Shown piece by piece: positions 54,480 through 64,000 of a DNA stretch of 64,000 nucleotides (the first letter of the stretch is position 1; every line of letters begins with the position of its first letter). The translations under genes were made by a program, and so were the position numbers. A model generated the notes under the pieces. The model was not told the origin of the DNA. It made no database searches and saw only the letters and a program-made list of their open reading frames with translations. The stretch spans positions 111,042,001-111,106,000 of the forward strand of contig OX597814.1 of NCBI GenBank assembly GCA_951406725.2. The letters are read 5' to 3'. This DNA comes from Octopus vulgaris. Taxonomy: Eukaryota.

Positions 54480-54790
54480 TAAAAGAATTGATGGCAATAA
54501 AATAAGGCGATTCACTAAATTTAGCAAACTAAATTCAATAGAAAATTCCTGGGTTGGCAAGATTAGAGAATGTAGCTCATCTGAACACCTTTCCTGGAAG
54601 TAATTAATGGTACAAAAGGGCCAAATTTCTGTTAATGATAAAACAAGGACCACCTATTTGATCCTGCATGCTATCTAGAGCGGACTGTGCATGTTTGGAG
54701 GAAGTCACTCAGATGTGAGTGCGGTAGTCTAGTTTAGAGCAGATCTGATTCTTGTAGAGATATAAGCTTCAGGTGTTTAGAACATTTTTG
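54480..54790 (-). mobile_element. Ancient CR1/L2-group LINE remnant
   Basis: Minus-strand translation LYLYKNQICSKLDYRTHI*VTSSKHAQSALDSMQ. Confidence 0.5.
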
Positions 54791-56125
54791 AATTAAAAGA
54801 TGAATCCAGTAGTCACCACCATATTAGAAGCATAAGAAAAAAAAAGGATAATGAAAGAGAAAAAATAGAAGAGAGAGAAGTAAGCAAATTGCAAGAACTG
54901 TGGAACTTCAGAGAAAGAGAAGAAAAGATAAAACCTCAAACAATTATATTTTCTAGATAGGCAATCTTATAAATCACAACTAATACATTCTAACATAAGG
55001 TTAGGCATAAAATGTTTCTCAAGCAAATCAAATAACTCTTTAAATAATTTTTATTATAAATCATGAAGTTAATTTAAATTATAAAGGATCATAGCAACAT
55101 TAGAAATAATAATACCGGTATTGATCAACAAGGTAATTATAGATACACAAAGGCTAAGTGGCTAAGATTTTATGAAATGAAATGCAAAAAATCACTACTT
55201 GGGTTATGTGTATGAAAATGGGATGATCAAAGAAAACAACAAATGCAAAAAAACATGCATACAAACTGCAGCAACCAAAAGTTTAAGCACATCATCTGCA
55301 TTTGAGTATCTATTGGCATCAGGAATGATTCAGGAATGGTCAGGTGTCTTAGTTTTTTAATAACTTTTGAATTTAATGTAACATGGGGAAGGGAAAAGGA
55401 TACTTGATGATGATGATCATAAAGTGATCTTTTCCTCTCCCCATTATTTCTTATATCAAACCTGCAATAGCCTCGCATCAAAATAAAAACATGCAAACTA
55501 TATGCATACTTCCAATAAGTTCTATAGTTACAACAGATCCCCATAACTGAGCAACAGGAAAAACGTTTTCCTCACATTTTCAGCCCATCCCAGACTCTAA
55601 AAGAACTCATTCTAAACATCAATATCAATTATCAGACTTCAATATCAGACTGTTTAGTTAAAAAAAAAAAAGAAGAAAATCCTGCTTAACATTATAATCA
55701 AATCATTAATGCATACAAAACAAATGGGTCGATTGACCAGTCTAGTATTGTTATACAACAAAGAAAGGATTGATCTCTTCAAGCTTTTTTGCTTGAGATC
55801 AAAGTGTAGTATTTGTGAGCTATAAAACGAATAAATGTATTATTATCTGGCAAGCACTATCCAATTCTTAATTGACAAGTTACATATATATGTGTGTGAT
55901 TGTGTAAGTTTGTTGGGAGCAGAGAAATACTTCCGTTGAGCAAGACACTGAAGAAATCAATAAAACAGAGGAATGCACTAACACTCATTATATTTTGATC
56001 ACTTTTAATCTTGCCAACTGACCTGAATACACTCCCCTGAAAAGGTTTAATAAGATTGAAACATTATTTTTGCTTTCACCAGTTGATTTAAAGACTAGAC
56101 CCACTCTCATACTACATTTACTATA

Positions 56126-56330
56126 TCATCATCATCATTTAACATCCACTTTCCATGCTGACATGGGTTAGATGCTTAGACTGGAACTGGTAAGCTGTAG
56201 TGCTACACCAGGTTCCAGTCTGATTTTGGTTTGGTTTCTATAGCTGGATGCCCTTCCTAATGCCAACCACTCCAAGAGTGTAGTGGGTGCTTTTATGTGT
56301 CACTGGTATGAATGCTTTGACATGTCACCT
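56126..56330 (-). mobile_element. Family C (RTE-tail) element
   Basis: tcatcatcatcatttaacatccactttccatgctg...gagtgtagtgggtgcttttatgtg. Confidence 0.8.
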
Positions 56331-56572
56331 GCAGAATTGATTTTATTGGAGTTTAGTCTCCTGCTGTTTTTTCTCTTCTCTATATCTTTCAAAATTTGAG
56401 TGAATTTTACTAAATTTCACATTGTTTTTAGGTTTTAGACACTCCTTGAGGAATATTTCTTCTAACTGCATGGCTAATCTCATTTTTTGAAATTAACTAT
56501 ATCAAAAAATTAACTATGTTAAAAAATCTGGTTAATGGCTATCATCATCATTATTTTACACTAGACTTCCAT

Positions 56573-57012
56573 ATTCTTTTCTACTCTAGGCACAAATCCC
56601 AAAATTTTGGGGGAGGGGGGCCAGCCAATTAGATCAACCCCAGTATGCAACTGGTACTTAATTTATTGACCCCGAAAGGATGAAAGGCAAAGTTGACCTC
56701 AGCAGCATTTGAACTCAGAACGTAAAGACAGACAAGATATCACTAAGTATTCCACCCAGCGTGCTAACAATTCTGCCAGCTGGCTGCCTTAAATAATCTT
56801 TTCTACTCTAGGCACAAGGCCTGAAATTTTTGGAGAGGTGACCCAGTTGTTTAGATTGACTCCAGTATGCAACTGGTACTTGATTTATCAATTCCAAAAG
56901 GATGAAAGGCAAAGTTGACTTCAGTGGAATTTGAACTCAGAACGTAAAGACAGACAAAATACCACTTTGTATTTCATCTGACATGCTAACGCTTCTGCCA
57001 GCTTGCCACCTT
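56573..57012 (-). mobile_element. Tandem pair of SINE family B copies
   Basis: Two ~218-bp units, each starting tcttttctactctaggcacaa and containing ggatgaaaggcaaagttgac...gaactcagaacgtaaagacagacaa. Confidence 0.85.
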
Positions 57013-57341
57013 ATCAGTCTTCCATATTGGCATGGATTGGGTGGTTCAACAAGGTCAGATGTGTGAAGGGACTATGATGCTCCAATGACTAGTTTCAAAG
57101 TTTCTGCAGTTGGATACCGTTCCTAATACCAACCACTTTACAGAGTGTACTGGTACTCTTTTCATGACATCAGCACTAGTGAGGTTATCATGATTTGCAA
57201 GACTAAAAAGCTCCTCATCTAAGAGAAAGGCAGCTTTATGCTAGATGTTGAGAGATGAAAGTATAAAAGAAGGCACAGGAATGTAATTATAGGAAATTCT
57301 CCCACAAAGGTAGATCAGAGGTACGTGAATAACAAACAATC

Positions 57342-57389
<48 letters not shown>

Positions 57390-57446
57390 TAATTTTTAGA
57401 AAAAACATAAATCCAGAGAAAAAGCACACTCTTAGAAGGCAGAGCA

Positions 57447-57483
<37 letters not shown>

Positions 57484-57500
57484 ATTATTTTTTTTTTTTT

Positions 57501-57708
57501 GGTGAAAAATGGTTTATGGGTTTACCCTGGGTTTCTCATCCATAAAGGGTTTAACTTTATGGTATATTGTCAGACCCAAAGACCAATTGGCCTAAGACCT
57601 TTACAAAAAGGTCTTAGGCCAACAGATCTTGGGGTCTGATGATATGCTATAAAGTTAAACCCTGTATGAACGGGAAAAACAGGGCAACCTCATAAACTGG
57701 CCTTCACC
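57501..57708. repeat. ~208-bp foldback element between TA arrays
   Basis: Ends ggtgaa...ttcacc. Perfect 16-bp central stem ttggcctaagaccttt-acaa-aaaggtcttaggccaa; diverged outer arms. Confidence 0.85.
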
Positions 57709-58619
57709 AGTAAAATGTATATATATATATAAATATATATATATATGTACTTTGATACAAGCAGAACAATCCATATACTTTGATACGAGCAGAACAACAA
57801 CGTTTATAGATCTAATAAAGAGAATGCTTTCAGCAATATTTTAATATTTTAGTCATAGACTTTAAACACATTCATTGATATAGGCTTATACAACTTTCAA
57901 TACACGGGCAAAATGTGTCACACTAATGTACTTCCATTTAATACGACAATGTTTTGCTAGATTGCATGGCTAGATTTAGCATAATGCATGATTCATAGTT
58001 AAACTCATAATTCTTTGAGAAAAAGTGTAAAGTTTCTCAATATTGAATGAAGATTTATCAAGTTAGCCACCTGCATTTCAGTTTCTTTGATAATTATATA
58101 ACTTCAACCGTTGTTTTTTTTTATCTAATTTTAATGACTCTAAAATACCATGCTATTATTTATTAAATGCTGTCAGCTATATTACACTTAACTGATTAAT
58201 AGTAGATGATTTGAACCAAGAAAGAAGCCTCTATGTAGTCACTTGGTCTGTTAAAAATAACACTCAAATCTCTCATCTCTCACAGACTGTACCCAACTAT
58301 CTCAGGAAAGGAAAATATATACTGAGCAATACAATCCCAGGATAAATAACAGCTGTGGAAGATGTGCTTTAAATTTCTAACTTTTAACATTTTCTTCATT
58401 GGGTTATATATCCCCTTCATCATCAACAATGATTAATATCCAGTTTTCCATACTGGCTCAAGTTGAATGTGTCTACAGTGTAATAAACTACCAACCATCT
58501 ATGAGACTCAGCATTTTGTGATCTGACATGACCATTTAATTTTATGTATCCAGTTTTTGTGTTCTGTAGATACCCTCAATGAATGATATAAAGCTACGCC
58601 CTCCCACCATCACACTGCT

Positions 58620-58880
58620 AATTCATAATGTGTGTCCATACCAGCTTGGACATCTCTCCAGCACACTTTGAGTGAGAATGGAGGTCTGGTATATATGTTG
58701 TTGTTGATTGCAAAAGGGACAAATGTGCTTGCTTGGGCATTTGATGTGAATGAAGGGTGAGTGCTTTATGAGTGTTATATTTTGTTAATGCAGGCTACAC
58801 ATAGAAGAAGCAGACCAAGAAAGATATGCAAAGAGGTTGTGAAGTAAGATCTTAGGATACTGGGCCTAAACATGATAGAA
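58620..58880 (+). mobile_element. Decayed RTE LINE C-terminal remnant
   Basis: gaggtctggtatatatgttg...agaagcagaccaagaaagatatg, resembling the RTE RW.GHV..GRP.K.W region. Confidence 0.45.
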
Positions 58881-61474
58881 GATTGTGATTATATACATCC
58901 ACCCCCTCTCAAGCTTAAATATACATAAGGCTGGTTTCGATAGTGTATAAGTGACGAAGACCATCACATTCCCTCTGAAGAGGATGCTGGTCTGTTGCAG
59001 GGCTCAAAACCAGTTATTTTGAGGAGAGGAAACAAAATGATTACATCAACCCCAAAGAGATGAAAGGCAAAGTTGACTCAGGCAGGATTTGAACTCAGAA
59101 CATAAAGTGCCAGGAGAAATGTAAAGTATTTAGTCTGACACACTAACAATTCTGCCTGCTCAAACATTTAAATGATAGCAATGATGAATAATGTTTTGAT
59201 TGATATATGTTAATATTGCATTGGACTGGTTATATACTCAATCCAAATGTTGTGAGTCTAACAGGACAAAATAAGGTTTTAAAAATTGAAAATAAGAAAA
59301 AAATAAAACTAACAATAACAGGTGGAAGTATAGGTGTTTTGATTTAATAAATTATATATTTTATGTTATAAATTATATAAAACATGCACACATGTATTAT
59401 ATATTTTATTTATTGTACATTATTACATAAAACATGTATTATGCCATATATATAACATATATATACAATAGAGCTTGAGAATGGTGATTAAAGGACTAAT
59501 ATAAGGATGAATTTAGATGTCAAATTTTAAAATCTGCTCAAATAAACTTTCTGTAGCACTGAGTAAGCCTATCATACCATCAACTTGACATGTGTGTGAT
59601 TTTTTTTTACTTTTGCAAAGAGAGTATGTGTTTTAATCAAATGTTTTTTTTTCTTTGAGAATTCATCTTGATATAGAAAAATAATGTATATTTACTTCAG
59701 GTCTCATGTTGAATGAATAATGTATAAATAATGCATATTTACACAGGTCTCATGTTGAATGAATAATTTAGCTTTTGATTATAAAAAAATAGTTCTCTTT
59801 AGCTTAATAACAGCAGATGGTAATTAAATTTTTGCAACAAGATAGCTGAACTGAAAGAAAATATATATTGTGCACTTAGTAACTGCATTGACAAAAAAGC
59901 CTGTCAACTAATACTGAACCCTTACTGCATTGTAAACAATTTTAATGAAATTTTATACTCAATATGCACTTGAAAGGAAATATTTTTTTCAAATTCTGTA
60001 CAAATTATCACAAGTTATCTTAAACTGCATTATATAGATACTGAGAATCTAGGAATAAATTAATTTTGAGGGAATGTAATTCAAGCTATATACGAGGTTA
60101 GCTTTAGTAGAAAATATAGTGAAGAATTTAATATACAGGTGAGAGACAATACAACTGAATTAATCCCATCCATCTATTAATTATTGTTGTTGAGGAAATA
60201 ATAGATGAGTTCAGGACCACTTGTTTTTCAGAACTCTTGTAAGCTGGTGACCTGGTTCTAATTCAAAATCTCTCCCCCAAATTGCATAAGAAATACCAAA
60301 CACTGTATGAATGATCTAGAGTTCAGAACAGTCCTGAAGATAATATCAAAGTACTGGGTTGTTAAACAAAGAGAACAAAGCATCAATGATATGTCAGAAA
60401 AATTACCTATCTTGAATTATAAGAGGTGTACTCAGTGCAAATACTGGGATCTCTGACAGTTTAATTAGCATGGAACCAAAACTTTTGATCTACATAATAT
60501 TCACTTGATTAGTAGTAGCAGGTGTACCTATGATATGAAGTCTATGAACTACTAGATGGCTTACCAAAAGTAGTAGATAGTTTCTATTACATGAATAACT
60601 GAATTAGTATCATAGGTGATAGTAGTGGAAGTAGGTAGTTATAGTAAGAAATAGCTGCAAGATCAGGAAGATGTTAAATCTGCTGCAACATGTGATAAGA
60701 ATATTCAATGTGAGAGGCTGAAGAAAGATTTAGTATGATTTGTTGAATATGCAGTGTTTAATGAGAGTGTAAAGTGAACTGTGAGAGTGGATAAAAAGAC
60801 AATAAAGACCAGTCAACAGATTGGTACAAAGTCATTCACAGACAAGCTCCAGACTGGTCACAGACAAGCTGTCTCCTCATTCAGGCATTCTACTGCTATT
60901 ATGATGGCTTCTATACCTCCACTCAAGCACTTTTCATTCACTTGTCTCTCCTCCTCTCATTACTCATATTGAGTCCAAATATCTATGTTCCTGCACTAAC
61001 CACCATGTCCAGTCTTTCCTCCGTAGAAGACTAGCCCTTCAGGATTTCCTCCCAAGTCTTTTCTGCAGTCATCAACTTACAACAGTTTAAATGAAGCAGA
61101 ATGTTAATGGTCTCAAACTAGCCAGTTTTGGAGAGCCTGCAAGGGCCATGGGCATTTTCATTTCCTGTAGACCTAACCAACAAAAAAAATTTAAAAATAC
61201 TAGCAAAAGAGACAACTGCCCTTGTATAGATGTTATGTGAATGGTTGATGAACCATGACTTAAGTGTCACATGATTAGTGGGTGTTGTTAGTAGTAGATG
61301 AAGACCAAGACTCCAAAAGAACAGCTAGCATTGGATCTTTGTATTGAGCTACACAAACAAAATGATGCAACACCAAGAAAAGAGTTACCATAATATACTA
61401 TGGACTGATGTGAGCACGTGCGTGTGTACATGTATGTGTGTGAATAAAATTTATCAATCCTATTCTATAATAAT

Positions 61475-61688
61475 GATTGTTTCTGATTTAGACATAAGAC
61501 CAGTAATTATGAAGGGATGGGGGTTAGTTGAACCCCTCAACTCCAGTGGCTATACTGTTATTTTATTAAACACAAAGAGATGAAAGGCAAAGGTGACCTC
61601 AGAATGATTTGAAGTCAGAACATGAATAACCAGAAGAAATATCAGAAAACTTTTTTCTGATGCCTAACGATTCTTCCAGCTTGCCATC
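61475..61688 (-). mobile_element. SINE family B copy
   Basis: gatgaaaggcaaaggtgacctc...tttgaagtcagaac...aacgattcttccagcttgcc. Confidence 0.65.
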
Positions 61689-63425
61689 TTTGTTCTAAGA
61701 TGGTCACAATGAGGGCTTACTTGATCAAATCATCTCCTGTACTTGTATGGTGTTTTATTTTATTAATACTGGAAGCTAACCTCAGCGGGAGTTTATATTA
61801 ATGATAATAATAACCATATTACATAATACCAAAATGTTCTCTTAGACTAACAGTTTACCAATATTAATCTTCTGAACCGCAGATCTTTTAATGGAGTCCC
61901 AGTTGTCTTCAAGGAAATAACTTTCCTTCCAGATCATCTAAATAAGCTTAAACAAGTTGAACTAAGTATCATTATCATCAAATGTATAAGCTTATACATT
62001 TAAATATACAGATCTTGGAGATATTAATTGACTGAGTGGATATAATCTAAGCCTGTCAGTTCAAACATTTTTTTCTGAACAATATCTAAGTTTATGTTGA
62101 TATGTAGTGAATCCCCTGCAGATGTACCACCACACGGTTCATCATGAAAGTATATTAGGCATACATAGCATAACATCTCATATTCCATCACTAGAGTATC
62201 TGGTCACTTGAGGCTAGAGTTGTTTCTCCCAAATGAACACTTGAACTTATCACTGCATGCACACAATAGGCTTTTTTTTGTTGTTTTTAATAAACTGTTC
62301 TTCTCATAGTATGTATTTACAACTAGGCTGATTGAACCATTATTGAAGTGGCAATACAAATTGATATTCTTTATTAAATATGTCACATTATCAACTTGGT
62401 CTCCTGCCACCCTAATAAAACTCACAATAGTAGTTGCTCTAACAAATAAACCAAAATACTTTTGCAAAAACCTTTATCCTAACCCATTAGTTTTAGACTA
62501 ACTGAATGGAATTGATTCTTAAACTTGAAATTAAACTAATCATATATTATTTCAACCCAACATTTTAGTTACAATAATAAAAATTATACTATTTTAAATC
62601 ATTAGAATCCCTTTAAATCAATTAATTACATCAAGATAAAAAGTTCAATTTCTGATAGTAATTTTTGTGATTAAGAGGCTTGAATAAGTAAAGATAAATG
62701 ATTTTCAGTCAAAATGACTGCTCTAATTCTAGCATTCAAATGAATATAGAAAGTAAAGTGACAGTGAATCCAGTGGACAGAAAAAACCCATGAAAATAGT
62801 TGACACAGACACATTTGAATTTCCAATGTTTATACAACCACAAATGTGAAAGCAGGTAACATGTATAGAAACGCTTGTAAAGCTTAGTCTGCTTGACAGG
62901 TAAGATAATTAGGTGCTGATCCCTGAAGGAAACGAGTATAAGGAACACAAGGGGGAATAACAAGCAGCTTTTAATCTATGTCATATTGTTATTCCAGCAC
63001 TAAAAATACTTTTAAGGGCAAACAAAAGCCAATTACCTTAATTAGATTTTTAAAGACTTAATGGTCATATTTACTGAAATGTTACAAACTGTAACCTCAT
63101 TTTGACATGAAGCTCATCTTTAATTTATTTCATTAATTTGTTCTCAAATTGATTACTCTGTCATCAGTTGTCTGATAAATCAAATGATATATTGTATAAG
63201 CTATAAGATGATTTACTTTTAAATATATAGAAACTTGAATGATTGAATTATACCTGTTAAGTCCCATGGAACACAAAACCATAATAGTCTGCCTCCTCAT
63301 CATATTTATCTATAGCAGTCTCTATAGCAACATTGGGCATATTTACATATATAAAACAGTTATCTAGACTTGGTAGACAGCATAGTAGATTTTGAATATA
63401 TGGGTGGACAGACATGTAAGTATTC

Positions 63426-63812
63426 TTTTATTCTCTTATTTGTTTCAGTCATTTGACTGTGGCCATGCTTGAGCACCACCTTTAGTCGAACAAATCGACC
63501 CCAGGACTTATTATTTGTTAGCCTAGTACTTATTATATTGGTCAATTTTGCTGAACTGCTAAGTTATGGGGACATAAACACACCAACATCGGTTATCAAG
63601 TGATAGTGGAGGGTCAGACACACAAATACATACATATATATATACACATATATGATGAGTTTCTTTCAGTTTCCGTCTATCAAATTCACTCACAAGGTTT
63701 TGGTCAGCCCGAGGCTATAGAAGACACTTGCCCAATATGCCATGTAGTGGGACCGAATCCAGAACCATGTGATTGTGAAGCAAGCTTCTTACGACACAGT
63801 CACTCCTGCGCC
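63426..63812 (-). mobile_element. Full-length tRNA-derived SINE family A
   Basis: Reverse complement of 47858-48245; tail gtttcagtcatttgactgtggccatgcttgagcaccacc, head cacagtcactcctgcgcct. Confidence 0.85.
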
Positions 63813-63867
63813 TATGGTTATATACGAAATATATATAAAGGTGCGTGTGTGTGTGTATACATGAGTA

Positions 63868-64000
63868 CTCATTTAACATCCCCTTTTCCATGCTGGTATG
63901 AGTTGGACAGTATGACAAGAACCAACCAGCCAAAGACTGCACGAAGCTCCAATATCTGCTTTGACATGGTGTCTACAGTTGGATGCCTTTCGTATTGCCA
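63868..64000 (-). mobile_element. Family C (RTE-tail) element running off the window end
   Basis: catttaacatccccttttccatgctggtatgagttggacag...ctacagttggatgcc. Confidence 0.75.

Noticed and set aside
57636-57685. CTGATGA...GAAA hammerhead in the 57.5-kb foldback
   Set aside because: No convincing helix I or II, and the opposite arm reads CTGACAA.

Overview
AT-rich, gene-poor eukaryotic DNA dense in repeats and microsatellites. The SINE, RTE, CR1 and (TA)n/(CA)n content suggests an octopus or other cephalopod (inference). The only confident host coding sequence is a 261-bp phase-0 exon of a TTC28-like TPR gene (minus, 1727-1987), with a candidate upstream exon at 19332-19450. The rest looks intronic. 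It holds a near-intact CR1/L2-group LINE (1034-aa APE+RT ORF), a young truncated CR1 copy with a target-site duplication (TSD), decayed RTE and CR1/L2 LINEs, a decayed DD34E Tc1 transposon, several SINE families, MITEs and foldback elements. Most notable: (1) two copies of a ~470-bp palindrome whose arms run tRNA-like Pol III head -> minimal type I hammerhead ribozyme motif, with further Penelope-type hammerhead-like motifs at ~39.25 kb and ~45.1-45.5 kb; (2) the intact LINE and an abundant tRNA-SINE share a 3' end whose stem-loop shows compensatory base changes, pointing to a LINE/SINE partnership. All calls were made by eye; boundaries of decayed repeats are approximate.
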